A program made the position numbers and the translations under genes. 64,000 bases of DNA from the NCBI GenBank assembly GCA_016936575.1, contig JAFGXQ010000013.1, forward strand, positions 2,835 through 66,834. The letters are read 5' to 3'. Below the pieces are notes generated by a model. That model worked only from the letters and a program-made list of their open reading frames with translations. It was not told the DNA's origin and ran no database searches. Origin of the DNA: Deltaproteobacteria bacterium (GTDB taxonomy: Bacteria > Myxococcota_A > Polyangia > JAAYKL01). This document shows, piece by piece, positions 19,870-31,209 of this stretch. Numbering within the stretch: position 1 is the stretch's first letter; each line of letters opens with the position of its first letter.

Positions 19870-19919
19870 CATTTTCAATTCTCCTTCTGACAAAAATCAT
19901 CTCAAAATAGTTTTACATG

Positions 19920-21086
19920 TCACAAAACAGCGCCGTATACCATACCGGCGACGGTGGAAAGCACCACCACGAGTGCGACAAAAGTGAGCGTTTTTCGAAT
20001 ACCCATCACGCTCCTGATCACCAACATGTTCGGAAGCGATAATGCCGGCCCCGCCAACAGCAACGCCAGCGCCGGCCCCTTTCCCATTCCCGCATTCAGA
20101 AGCCCCTCCAAAATGGGAACCTCCGTAAGGGTGGCAAAGTACATCAACGCACCCGCAACCGAGGCAAACAGGTTGGCCCGTATCGAATTTCCGCCCACCA
20201 TGTTTTCAATCCACCTCTGGGGAATCACGCCCACACCCCCGTCCGGACCACCCAGCAAAAAGCCCGCTACAATAACCCCCGCAAAAAGCAGCGGCAGAAT
20301 CTGTTTCGCGAACATCCAGCTGGCATCTTTCCAGGCCGCCAGTTCGTCTTTCTGAAACCAGATCCGAATGGAAATCACCAACAACACTAAAAAAGCGCCG
20401 CTTATCCACCACTTGGCTTGAAACAACCACGAATATGCGCCGCTGCTTTTTCCGGGGCTTCCAAAGTTCGCGAAAATTAGAATCCCAAGCATGGCTGCGA
20501 AATAAATGCCATCTTGCCACAACGCCCGAGTCTGATCTGCTTCGGGCAGTACCACACCCCCTGCTTTTTTTTCAGACTCTTCTTTCTGAAAAATCAGGTG
20601 CATGAAAAGACCGATCACCACTGAAAACACAACTGCGCCCACCGCTCTGGCAATTCCCAGCTCCATGCCGAGCACCCGGGCCGTTAAAATAATTGCCATT
20701 ATATTGATGGCCGGCCCAGAATACAGAAACGCCGTTGCCGGCCCCAACCCAGCGCCCCGCTTATAAATACTCGCAAACAGCGGCAACACCGTACATGAGC
20801 AAACCGCAAGTATGGTTCCCGAAACCGCGGCCACCGGATATGCCACTATTTTTCGAGCACCGGGGCCGAGATACTTCATTACCGCCCCCTGGCTGACAAA
20901 AACACTGATGGCGCCGGCAATAAAAAAAGCCGGCACCAAACAAAGCAGAACATGTTCTCTGGCGTACCATTTCAGCAGCCTGAAACTTTCAACTAACGCA
21001 TTCACAAAGGTGTCATTTTGTAGCGGCAGAAACCACATCGCGGTAAAAACGACTGCTATCAGTATCAGTTTGGTCCGTTCTTTCAT
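19920..21086 (-). CDS. COG0701/DUF318 family permease (ArsP-like; CSC motif)
   Basis: ORF 19920..21113. Multi-TM protein with AVCSCTVLP motif resembling the TPFcSCS signature of ArsP-type permeases. Probable start at MKERTK, because the first Met overlaps the operator palindrome. Confidence 0.7.
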   Translation of the reverse strand: MKERTKLILIAVVFTAMWFLPLQNDTFVNALVESFRLLKWYAREHVLLCLVPAFFIAGAISVFVSQGAVMKYLGPGARKIVAYPVAAVSGTILAVCSCTVLPLFASIYKRGAGLGPATAFLYSGPAINIMAIILTARVLGMELGIARAVGAVVFSVVIGLFMHLIFQKEESEKKAGGVVLPEADQTRALWQDGIYFAAMLGILIFANFGSPGKSSGAYSWLFQAKWWISGAFLVLLVISIRIWFQKDELAAWKDASWMFAKQILPLLFAGVIVAGFLLGGPDGGVGVIPQRWIENMVGGNSIRANLFASVAGALMYFATLTEVPILEGLLNAGMGKGPALALLLAGPALSLPNMLVIRSVMGIRKTLTFVALVVVLSTVAGMVYGAVL

Positions 21087-21103
21087 TCTGAATTGCCACT
21101 CCA

Positions 21104-21123
21104 ATATGGCCACATGGCCATAT
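21104..21123. promoter_or_regulatory. inverted repeat ATATGGCCA-CA-TGGCCATAT (candidate ArsR-family operator)
   Basis: Seen directly between the arsR stop and the permease start. Second copy at 21463..21482. Confidence 0.5.
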
Positions 21124-21146
21124 TGCCAATATTGGGTTAAAAAATT

Positions 21147-21437
21147 TTATTTTCGTTCGCTCAACACCTGGGTGGTGCATGAAAAGAAATTCAGCACACA
21201 AGGGGTCAGCAAGGTGTAATACACCACATTTCCTTCTCTGCGATCATCGACAATTCCATTGGATCGCAATACCGCCAGATGTTTTGAAACCGTCGACTGA
21301 TCAGAACCGATTATTTCCGTCAGCTCGCCCACTGAGCATTCACCGCGGCTCAGGCGATGCACGATCATCAACCGAGATTCATTAGCGAGCGCCTTTAATA
21401 TTGCGGCCTGTTGTTTAAATACGGTACGTTTCGGCAT
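21147..21437 (-). CDS. ArsR/SmtB family transcriptional regulator
   Basis: 96 aa. HTH ...LKALANESRLMIVHRL..GECSVGEL...STVSKHLAVL typical of ArsR/SmtB. First gene of the minus-strand operon. Confidence 0.8.
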   Translation of the reverse strand: MPKRTVFKQQAAILKALANESRLMIVHRLSRGECSVGELTEIIGSDQSTVSKHLAVLRSNGIVDDRREGNVVYYTLLTPCVLNFFSCTTQVLSERK

Positions 21438-21462
21438 GTATCACTTTCCTTCACAAAATGAA

Positions 21463-21482
21463 TATGGCTACTTGGCCATATT
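21463..21482. promoter_or_regulatory. inverted repeat ATATGGC-TACTTG-GCCATAT upstream of arsR (candidate autoregulatory operator)
   Basis: Seen directly about 26 bp upstream of the arsR start codon. Shares the ATATGGC/GCCATAT half-sites with 21104..21123. Confidence 0.5.
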
Positions 21483-21669
21483 GTCAAGTTCAGAAAAGCC
21501 GAATATCAAGGCAACCATTTAAAAACAAAACGACCGATACAAACCGCTTTTAAATCGTTTTCGCATCAAGTACGATGGACAACAACCTTAAATACACAAT
21601 CATGCGCTTTGCCCGACAATTTCATGCCCGGCAAAAAAATGCATGGGACGCCCTACTGAAAGGAACAAA

Positions 21670-23751
21670 ATGAGCTTTTTAAAACTTATCCTTATTTCTT
21701 TTTGCGCACTTTTCACCATGACCGCTTGCACCGACGAACCGACCGGGGCTCCATTTACAGCGTTCCCGAAACCGGTGCAGGCGCAGTATGCGAAATATTA
21801 CAACTCTCCCAATGACTTTTACGAATTGGACCGTTCGGGCACACTGGGCAATCAAGCCACCGGGGCGCTGTACTGCGAGCAACGCAGCGGGGGAGAAATC
21901 ATTTATACCGATTCGGGCAATGCGGTGCGGGGAACCTGCGGTCTGGCCTTTGTATCGCCACACTACGCCATCACCGCCGCACATTGCGTGGACGTAGACT
22001 CCTGCGGCTATCCGGGTGTTACATTCAAAGTTCGACAATTTGACATTCGCGAGTTGGATGAGTCTGTGCTGGACGACGTATTCACCCTGTCCAATGTGCT
22101 GAATCCCGAATTCGAGACCTGGCAGCCGAATCACTTTCTGACTGATTCAGATGGATACCACTACAATGAGTATGAATGCAGCGTGGAAATTTTGTGTGAC
22201 AGCGCCGGCAATTTCGGACGACGCAACGGTGACATTTGCCAGTTGAACGGCACGTCTTTCTATCGCGACATCGCGCTGGTGCATTGCCCGAATCGCGCAG
22301 ATGACGGCCCATACCTGGAAGTGGCGCCCAGCGTCAACCCCGGCGACAATGTTCTGGTGCACTGGTTTCACGAAATCGTCAATCTCCCGTTGCCTGAAAA
22401 CTGTACAGCGCCGGAATGCGCCAATGCCAACGCGTTTTACAGCTTGCGGTCATCGATGGCGAACAACTTTCACTACATGGGGTTTGATTCCACCCGGGAA
22501 ACGCAGCTGATGCCGCTCATCACGGTGGCTTGGGGACGAAACGACACCGAGACTGATACAGAAACATCCGTTCAAAGCTCCGTGCCGCCGGAGTTGGTCG
22601 AAAACACGCATGCATTGCTCTCGACCGATACCTTCTACGCCAACACCGACATCTGGGGATGCCACGGCATATCCGGTTCCGGCTTACTGGTAGTGGGAGA
22701 TGACGGTGTGGAACGATATGTGGGCCCTGCGCAGCTCGGCTCCTACACCTCGTCCTTGGACACCAATCTATGCGAAACTTCTGATGCGGTGCCGGGACAG
22801 GAAATGCTCCGTTTCGGGCAGTCTTACTATTCCGCAGTATTGGCAGCGTGGGCATTGACGAATGATCCCGCGCTGAATGTAGACACGGATACATCCGCGG
22901 ACAGTGATACTGCGCCAGATACAGACACATCGACAGATGCAGACACCGACAGCGACACCGATTCCGATTCCGATTCCGATTCCGATACCGATACCGATTC
23001 CGATACCGACAGCGACACCGATTCCGATTCCGATTCCGATACCGACACCGATTCCGATTCCGATTCCGACAGCGACACCGATTCCGATACCGATACCGAT
23101 TCCGATTCAGACAGTGACAGCGACACAGACACAGACTCCGATTCAGATTCAGATACCGACTCAGATACTGATTCAGATACCGATACCGATTCCGACGCGG
23201 ATACTGATTCAGATACTGATTCAGATACTGATTCAGATACCGATGCCGATTCCGACGCGGATACTGATTCAGATACCGATGCCGATTCCGACGCGGATAC
23301 TGATTCAGATACCGATGCCGATGCCGACGCGGACACTGATTCAGATGCCGACGCAGATTCCGACGCGGATACTGATTCAGACACTGATTCAGATACCGAC
23401 ACCGATGCCGACGCAGATACTGATTCAGACACCGACTCAGATACTGATTCAGATACCGATGCCGACACAGATTCCGACGCGGATACTGACGCAGACAGCG
23501 ACGATGGCCCGCCTTCGTCAGATTCGGACTCCGGCGGGTTGACCGATTCAGATTCGTCAACAAATACCGGTTCAGATTCGTTGCCGAATGCAGATTCAGA
23601 ACCATTGATGGATAGCGACACAGGTGAAACGCTTGCTGATGAAGAAGATGTTCACACCGAAGAGTCGTGCGGCTGTATGGTTCCGGGAATGCCTACTGCT
23701 CAGGATTCCGATTTACTGAATCTGATGATTCGGCTGTTTACCAATTCGTAG
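21670..23751 (+). CDS. S1 (trypsin-like) serine peptidase lipoprotein with long C-terminal acidic D-S/T/A repeat region
   Basis: ORF 21643..23751. Probable start [20 protein letters not shown] (lipobox). His motif YAITAAHCV, Asp in RDIALVHC, Ser region [11 protein letters not shown]. Then about 220 aa of DSDTD/DADTD repeats and a short C-terminal tail. Confidence 0.65.
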   Translation: MSFLKLILISFCALFTMTACTDEPTGAPFTAFPKPVQAQYAKYYNSPNDFYELDRSGTLGNQATGALYCEQRSGGEIIYTDSGNAVRGTCGLAFVSPHYAITAAHCVDVDSCGYPGVTFKVRQFDIRELDESVLDDVFTLSNVLNPEFETWQPNHFLTDSDGYHYNEYECSVEILCDSAGNFGRRNGDICQLNGTSFYRDIALVHCPNRADDGPYLEVAPSVNPGDNVLVHWFHEIVNLPLPENCTAPECANANAFYSLRSSMANNFHYMGFDSTRETQLMPLITVAWGRNDTETDTETSVQSSVPPELVENTHALLSTDTFYANTDIWGCHGISGSGLLVVGDDGVERYVGPAQLGSYTSSLDTNLCETSDAVPGQEMLRFGQSYYSAVLAAWALTNDPALNVDTDTSADSDTAPDTDTSTDADTDSDTDSDSDSDSDTDTDSDTDSDTDSDSDSDTDTDSDSDSDSDTDSDTDTDSDSDSDSDTDTDSDSDSDTDSDTDSDTDTDSDADTDSDTDSDTDSDTDADSDADTDSDTDADSDADTDSDTDADADADTDSDADADSDADTDSDTDSDTDTDADADTDSDTDSDTDSDTDADTDSDADTDADSDDGPPSSDSDSGGLTDSDSSTNTGSDSLPNADSEPLMDSDTGETLADEEDVHTEESCGCMVPGMPTAQDSDLLNLMIRLFTNS
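22879..23563. repeat. low-complexity GAY-WCN hexanucleotide-type repeat encoding poly(Asp-Ser/Thr/Ala)
   Basis: Seen directly. Produces stop-free ORFs in several frames on both strands, which are artefacts. Confidence 0.8.
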
Positions 23752-23769
23752 TCAATATACCCTTCGTAG

Positions 23770-24864
23770 TCAATATACCCACGGAATGATCCGCTTCGGC
23801 ACCTTCTGAACATATTCTTCCCACAGGGCACCGTATTTCGCGCGGCAGCGCTTCTCGTCATCGCGCTCCCGGGTGGTGAGCAGCAGCACATAGTACAGCG
23901 GATACAGCCAAGCCCACCAAACCAAGGGGTACCCCAACGAAAGTGTCAGTCCCGTTGCCATCAGTACCTCCCCCAGATAGTTGACATGACGGGATATTCC
24001 CCAGAACCCACTGCACAATAGCGAATGCGTACCGTCGGATACCACTGCCGGCTTGAATACGCCCATAAATGATTTGTCAGGTTGCGTCTTGAAATAAAAT
24101 TTCTGCATGTTGGCGCCGCGGGCGAACCCCCACCCCAGAAAAAAAATCGCAGCATACAACGCGAGTAATACCGGGGACAGGTTCGGGCTCGGCAGCGGGG
24201 CCACCGTCCACAATCCGACCGCATAGAAGTACGGGTAAAACGTAAGACACCCGAACGTAAGCTTAAAGCCGACACGTTCGGCAAACAGATCATACGTGTA
24301 CAGGTGTACCCGCTCAAATGTCATGTAATCTAAAAGAAACCAGAAAAACAAAACGGTGTACAGGATTACCGAAGGCGACGCATTGCCCGGGTGCTGCATC
24401 ACATGATGGGCCGCAAAGGACAGAATATTCAGACCCAGCAGGGTTGCCCCAACCAGATACAGAAACATTTTGGCGTCAACGCGGCGGTTGAAATACTGCG
24501 GATTCTTCGAGCGACCTAAAAAGAAGTCGGCAATGAAGCCGGGCTTCACCTTCGGTTTCCCGAGCACTACCGCCAAACTGCCGATCATTCCCAACGTGAC
24601 CGCCCCTGCCAATCCTTCCCAACGGTGGGTGTACAACCAATTGAAGGGAATAATAGATCCCAAACCCAACCCGCCGAATATCGCCATAGACAATAAAAAT
24701 ACGGCCATACCATTTAACCGGTACGTCAACCGCGTGCCGCTTTTTTCATCAACCACATAGCCGGCCACGCGACGTGCCGGCAGCACGATGTGCAACAGCA
24801 GCACGCCCGCGGTAATCAGCCACGGAGCGAAAAAACCTGCAATTGTATTCCATGTGATGTTCAA
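23770..24864 (-). CDS. ERG4/ERG24 sterol-reductase family (DUF1295-like) polytopic membrane protein
   Basis: ORF 23770..25194. The upstream 110 codons overlap the SDR gene in another frame. Probable TTG start at 24862-24864 overlapping the SDR stop (TTGA). C-terminal signature LLCSGFWGISRHVNYLGEVL matches the sterol reductase/DUF1295 motif. Confidence 0.6.
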   Translation of the reverse strand: MNITWNTIAGFFAPWLITAGVLLLHIVLPARRVAGYVVDEKSGTRLTYRLNGMAVFLLSMAIFGGLGLGSIIPFNWLYTHRWEGLAGAVTLGMIGSLAVVLGKPKVKPGFIADFFLGRSKNPQYFNRRVDAKMFLYLVGATLLGLNILSFAAHHVMQHPGNASPSVILYTVLFFWFLLDYMTFERVHLYTYDLFAERVGFKLTFGCLTFYPYFYAVGLWTVAPLPSPNLSPVLLALYAAIFFLGWGFARGANMQKFYFKTQPDKSFMGVFKPAVVSDGTHSLLCSGFWGISRHVNYLGEVLMATGLTLSLGYPLVWWAWLYPLYYVLLLTTRERDDEKRCRAKYGALWEEYVQKVPKRIIPWVY

Positions 24865-25742
24865 CGATTCTCTCCTCTCGTCTGCTCGACATTCTGAATG
24901 GAGTTTGCAGCCGACAGCTCCCGCATGGCGTTTCCCATAACCTGTACCGACAGCTTTCGGGGAAGCAGTCTTGTCATCATCCAATCCGCAAACCGATTCA
25001 TCCGACCGGGAATCACAAACGGCTTTCTCCCCAGTGCCCGAAGTGCGGTTCGCGCCACCACCGCTGCATCGAGCGTTCCCGGCGCTTCCCTGACTTCTCC
25101 ACTTTTTGACGCCACACTCAAGTATCCCGGCGTTCGAATCGCGCCCGCGCAGCAAACCGTGACATCCACCCCCAACGGGCGCAATTCGTACCACAGACTC
25201 TGCCCCAGAATGGAATTGAACGCCTTACTCGCCGCATACGCTGCCACACCAGAGGTGCCCTGGTTTCCGGATAAAGAAGACATCAAAACAACTCCCCCGC
25301 GACGCTCAATCAGCCTTGGAAGCAATGCATGAATCAGCAACAACGGCCCCCGAACATTCACATCGACGGTGCTGTTCAGCTCATGGGCGGTACGCTCAAT
25401 GAACGGCCCCACTTTCGAATAGGCGGCATTGTATATCAACAGTCCCGCCTGCTTTTCCTCAAATGCCTGTAAAAGCATTTTCCCTGTTTCAGGCGTTGAA
25501 AGGTCCGCCCCAATGCAGTGTACCGCAATGTGAAACTGATCTTTCAATTGGTCTCCAAACATTTGCAGCACGTCTTGCCGCCTCGCCACCAATATCAAAT
25601 TCAATCCCGCTTCGGCAAGCTGCGTCGCAAACGCTGCCCCCAGTCCCTCAGAGGCCCCCGCCACCAATGCCCACGGTCCGTATCTTTTCCTGAGTTTGTT
25701 ATTCACGTTCTTTCGCACTTTCTTTTGCCATCTGAAAACCAC
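24861..25742 (-). CDS. SDR family NAD(P)-dependent oxidoreductase
   Basis: 293 aa. Rossmann motif LVAGASEGLGAAFA. Catalytic YAASKAF (YxxxK). Translationally coupled to the downstream reductase-family membrane protein. Confidence 0.8.
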   Translation of the reverse strand: MVFRWQKKVRKNVNNKLRKRYGPWALVAGASEGLGAAFATQLAEAGLNLILVARRQDVLQMFGDQLKDQFHIAVHCIGADLSTPETGKMLLQAFEEKQAGLLIYNAAYSKVGPFIERTAHELNSTVDVNVRGPLLLIHALLPRLIERRGGVVLMSSLSGNQGTSGVAAYAASKAFNSILGQSLWYELRPLGVDVTVCCAGAIRTPGYLSVASKSGEVREAPGTLDAAVVARTALRALGRKPFVIPGRMNRFADWMMTRLLPRKLSVQVMGNAMRELSAANSIQNVEQTRGENR

Positions 25743-25926
25743 AGTTTCCTTTCATTGCTTCTGATGGATTCTCTATCATAGGAAAAGGTATAAAGGGGCA
25801 TATTATCTCACATCCCTCGTTCTCGGCAAAATTACCGGAAGTGTTACCGAAAATATTTTCAATCGATATTTCCGACTATCCCCGGTTTGAGTTGAAGACG
25901 ATATCGAGATTGAATATGCTCCTCTT

Positions 25927-28608
25927 ATGAAACATAACGCAACAGACGTCTCAACCAACAACCCCATCACCGAATTTTCCACCGGCCTTCCGGCGTTGGA
26001 TAAACTGATCGGGGGGGTGCTTCCCGGTGACAATTTCGTATGGCATGTCGACAGCTATGACACGTTTTTTCCGGTCGCTCGAATGTTTACAAAAGGCGCG
26101 TACGCGCTCGATCATAATGTGGTCTTCTTTCGCTGGAACGACACCAAAAATCCGTTCAGACAATGGGATACCGATCTCACCCGGAACGTTTTCGAGTATC
26201 GCCTTCATCCCAAAAACGATTTTGAACGATTTATCACCGAAATGCACACAGTTATTGAGGATGCCGCGCCTCACACTGTATTCATTTTTGATCTGCTGTC
26301 CGATTTAACCAACCATTTTCGGGCGGAACAGTCACTGGAAAATTTTTTCGTGTTGACCTGTCCATTTATTCTGCAAATGAAGCATCTGGGCGTATTCCCC
26401 ATTCTTCGAAACCGCCATCCGTTCAGCACGGCACACCCGATTCAGGAGACCACACAGATTGACATCGACTTGTTTCATTATAACCAGGCGAAGCATCTTC
26501 ATTTGCGCAAGGCGGATGGACGTCATACAGATTTAATGTACACCATGCATCGCTGGGAAGAAGACCGCCTGGTACCGCTGCTAAACAGCGTTGATGCGGT
26601 GACCGCGCTTCATGACGGGGGTTGGGAAGGGCTCCAGTCGGCATCATATCGAATGATTATTCAGTGGGATCGAGAATTCATGAATGGGGCGGAATACCTT
26701 GCCCAACCACAAATCGATGCCGCTGAAAAACAAAAGCAGCTGACGCGGCTTCTTCCGATGATTATCACTCGCGACCCGAGGATGTTGCGATTATATGAGC
26801 GCTATTTCACCCTTGAAGATATTATTTACGTATGGAAACGAACCATTGGCTCCGGCATGATTGGCGGCAAATCCGCGGGAATGCTGTTATCTCGCGCAAT
26901 TGTGAAAAAAGAAATTCCGGAAGCCTCTCAGTATCTGGAACCCCATGATTCCTTTTTCATTGCATCTGACGTGTACTACGATTTTCTTGTAAAAAATAAT
27001 TGTTGGCGTATTCGAAAAAAACAACAATGTCGCGAAACACTCCTTGAAGACGCCGCGGTCGGACGCAAGCGCATTTTAAACGGAAATTTCTCCGCTGAAA
27101 TTATGCAACGTTTTGCCGACATGCTGCGCTACTTCGGCCAGGAGCCCATCATTGTTCGCTCTTCCAGTTTACAGGAAGATGCATATCAAAATGCCTTTGC
27201 CGGAAAATACGAAAGCGTTTTCTGTTCCAATCAGGGAACGCCGCAAACGCGACTTGACGCATTCACCAATGCAGTTCGCACAGTATATGCCAGTACAATG
27301 AGCAATGAAGCACTTCGGTACCGCGAAAAACGGAACCTCCTCGGGCAAGACGAGCAAATGGCCATTCTGGTACAACGGGTATCCGGTACCCGTTGCCGGA
27401 ATACCTTTTACCCCCACATGGCCGGCGTCGGCCTTTCGTACAACCCATATATCTGGAATCCAAAAATCAAACCGGAGGCAGGGGTACTCCGTCTTGTGGT
27501 GGGTCTGGGCACCCGAGCCGTCGACCGACACGATGACGATCACGCGCGTGTTGTTGCACTGAATATGCCCGAATTGCCGCCCCTGGGAGATTCAGAATCC
27601 GGCCGTTCCTATACACAATGTAAAGTGGATATTATCAACCTCAAAGAAAACAAGATTCAATCCAGATACTTCGTCGATCTCATTGAACAATGTAAAAACT
27701 TTCCATCCAATCGTTTGGCAGCAGTAGACACAATTGTTCAAAAGCGACAGCAGGAGACAGGGCACCGCGGTCGCGTTCCCTGGGTGGTGGATTTTACCCA
27801 ATTGTTTCGAAATACAGATTTGGCGTCATCATTTCAAAAAATTCTCGTGGCGCTGAAGAAAACCTATGAGACCGAAGTTGAAATTGAATTCACAGTGACA
27901 TTATTGCCGGATGACTCCGTCCGTTTAAACATCGTCCAATGCCGTCCATTTCAGATTGAACTTGACGGAGAACTTGCAACAAGTTCTCAAATCCCCGCAC
28001 ATGCGGTTCTGAAAACAAAGCAAACGACCATTTTACACGCCAACGGCGCCATACTCGGAAAAAGTCGACGTCATCATGTGAACCGAATCATTTTCGTCGT
28101 ACCCGCCGCATACAGCATGTTATCCGAACAAGACAAATATATTGTGGCTCGGCTTATCGGAAAACTCACACGGTTGACACCGCCGAAAGTGAATGACGAT
28201 GATGAACACGTCAATGTTGTATTGGTCGGTCCCGGACGATGGGGAACGAGAATGCCTTCATTGGGCGTACCGATTACGTCGAGCGATATCAGTAATGTAT
28301 CCGCCATGTGCGAACTCGACATTATGCACGAGGGATTAATCCCGGACTTGTCTCTTGGCACTCATTTCTTCCATGAGCTGGTGGAGTCCAATATTCTGTA
28401 CATCGGATATTTCAGCGCACGCCCCGACAACAGTTTGCATATGCAATTTTTAACCCAAACACATAACCGATTGGAAGAATTGCTTCCTGAAGAAAATCGC
28501 TGGGAAAACGTGGTTCGCGTCATTGACAGCACCGCCACCATACCGCTGTATCTTTCGGCCGACCTCCAGCAGCAGTCAGCGAAGCTATTCGGCATTGAGC
28601 AGACGTAA
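25927..28608 (+). CDS. fusion protein: KaiC/RecA-like degenerate ATPase domain plus PEP/pyruvate-binding (PPDK_N, PEP synthase-like ATP-grasp) domain
   Basis: 893 aa. N-terminus STGLPALDKLIGGVLPGDNFVWHVDS resembles KaiC/RadA N-terminus but lacks Walker A. Middle region GMIGGKSAGML...IIVRSSSLQEDAYQNAFAGKYESV...AILVQRVSG matches the PPDK_N / PEP synthase nucleotide-binding domain. No obvious phosphohistidine swivel domain. Confidence 0.65.
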   Translation: MKHNATDVSTNNPITEFSTGLPALDKLIGGVLPGDNFVWHVDSYDTFFPVARMFTKGAYALDHNVVFFRWNDTKNPFRQWDTDLTRNVFEYRLHPKNDFERFITEMHTVIEDAAPHTVFIFDLLSDLTNHFRAEQSLENFFVLTCPFILQMKHLGVFPILRNRHPFSTAHPIQETTQIDIDLFHYNQAKHLHLRKADGRHTDLMYTMHRWEEDRLVPLLNSVDAVTALHDGGWEGLQSASYRMIIQWDREFMNGAEYLAQPQIDAAEKQKQLTRLLPMIITRDPRMLRLYERYFTLEDIIYVWKRTIGSGMIGGKSAGMLLSRAIVKKEIPEASQYLEPHDSFFIASDVYYDFLVKNNCWRIRKKQQCRETLLEDAAVGRKRILNGNFSAEIMQRFADMLRYFGQEPIIVRSSSLQEDAYQNAFAGKYESVFCSNQGTPQTRLDAFTNAVRTVYASTMSNEALRYREKRNLLGQDEQMAILVQRVSGTRCRNTFYPHMAGVGLSYNPYIWNPKIKPEAGVLRLVVGLGTRAVDRHDDDHARVVALNMPELPPLGDSESGRSYTQCKVDIINLKENKIQSRYFVDLIEQCKNFPSNRLAAVDTIVQKRQQETGHRGRVPWVVDFTQLFRNTDLASSFQKILVALKKTYETEVEIEFTVTLLPDDSVRLNIVQCRPFQIELDGELATSSQIPAHAVLKTKQTTILHANGAILGKSRRHHVNRIIFVVPAAYSMLSEQDKYIVARLIGKLTRLTPPKVNDDDEHVNVVLVGPGRWGTRMPSLGVPITSSDISNVSAMCELDIMHEGLIPDLSLGTHFFHELVESNILYIGYFSARPDNSLHMQFLTQTHNRLEELLPEENRWENVVRVIDSTATIPLYLSADLQQQSAKLFGIEQT

Positions 28609-28631
28609 CGCACCGCCGCCCTTGGGCGTGC

Positions 28632-29639
28632 TTACAAAAACGCCTGTAACCGATCATCCAACTCTGAAAACGAAAATAGTTGGTCGTACGGAAAAATTCC
28701 CGCCATTGCACTCGACACCACTCTGATACCGGTTTCTTCAAAAATTGAGGTCGGATTCAGCCCTCCGATAATAATGGCGCCCGCTCTGTCGGGAGAAACC
28801 GGAAAGTCAAAAATGCTCTGCCCCGGATTTCCAAGGCACATCAGACTGCCCAACCCGATTTCCTGAAGCCGTTGCGCCACAGACCGAATAATGCTGACGC
28901 TCTCCCCGGGAAACTCGCGAAAGCTTGCGCCGATTAAGCCATTTCCGCTGGTAATCGCTCCGATGTAATCGGCCATTCCGGCGCGAATAAATATTTCAAG
29001 CGGGTCAATACTGGTGCCGTCGTATGAAATCAATTCTACGAAACGTCGCGCTTTTCCTTTGCGAATTTCAAGCAAGCCCCCGAATCTGGAAGTTACCGGA
29101 ATTCCGCGACGCTGAAGAATACCATTGAACGTTATTGAACAAACGGTACCCAACCCGACATTTCCATCCGGAATAATGGTACCGAAACATGAACTTCCCG
29201 GACCAAGCAACGTCATCATTCTTCCCATGGCGTATCCCTTGGAAAATACCTTCGCTATCAATTTGCGGCGATAGACCGTGAATTCTTTTATCGGAACGAT
29301 CGAAATATTGACCACTACCGTACCCTGTCGGGTAATTGGATCAAAATCCATGCGGTACGCCATCGTATCTATTTTTCCAGATAGAAATCCCACCCGTTCG
29401 TGCACTCGCGATGATTCAGATTCCCGCACTCCGGCTTCTTTAATCATGCGTCCTTTTCGCCCCCAATTTTCAGTAAACCCGTTCTCGTCGAATTCCTGTA
29501 GATACAGCCGTACTGTGCGTTCGCTGATGTCAAACCCTTGAGCAGTTAATGTGTTTGTTATTCTCGTGCTTGAGAGAGGTACTTGGCTATTGGTCAGTAC
29601 ATCAAGAATGGCAAGCCGCTTTTTTTCCTTTTTGTCCAT
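28632..29639 (-). CDS. NrpR-like (DUF128) nitrogen-regulatory transcriptional repressor family protein
   Basis: 335 aa. N-terminal winged HTH (KKRLAILDVL...STRITNTLTAQGFDISERTVRLYLQEFDENG) followed by two repeated domains, consistent with the NrpR architecture. Divergent from gdhA. Confidence 0.55.
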   Translation of the reverse strand: MDKKEKKRLAILDVLTNSQVPLSSTRITNTLTAQGFDISERTVRLYLQEFDENGFTENWGRKGRMIKEAGVRESESSRVHERVGFLSGKIDTMAYRMDFDPITRQGTVVVNISIVPIKEFTVYRRKLIAKVFSKGYAMGRMMTLLGPGSSCFGTIIPDGNVGLGTVCSITFNGILQRRGIPVTSRFGGLLEIRKGKARRFVELISYDGTSIDPLEIFIRAGMADYIGAITSGNGLIGASFREFPGESVSIIRSVAQRLQEIGLGSLMCLGNPGQSIFDFPVSPDRAGAIIIGGLNPTSIFEETGIRVVSSAMAGIFPYDQLFSFSELDDRLQAFL

Positions 29640-29771
29640 TCATATATCCTTTTACGGCAAAAATGCCGAAATTAAAATCCATCCATCCGGGACACACCCG
29701 TTGATTCAATTACGCAACATCGAATATGAACCATATATCAACGGTAATTTATTGCCAGAAAAAGTGTTTAA

Positions 29772-31172
<1,401 letters not shown>

Positions 31173-31209
31173 CTCCGACACCACCCACTCGACAACCTAC
31201 TTTCAAATA

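Noticed and set aside
22879-23563. Possible CRISPR array suggested by periodic repeats
   Set aside because: Period is 6-12 bp with no unique spacers, and it lies inside a coding sequence. No cas genes in the window.
22520-23621. Long ORFs on both strands (22520..23605 -, 22827..23621 -, 22904..23542 +) with RNRNRCR, SESVSAS and PIPIPT low-complexity translations
   Set aside because: They are alternative-frame readings of the GAY-WCN repeat that encodes the Asp-Ser/Thr stalk of the protease gene. Only the + frame continuous with the S1 domain is credible.
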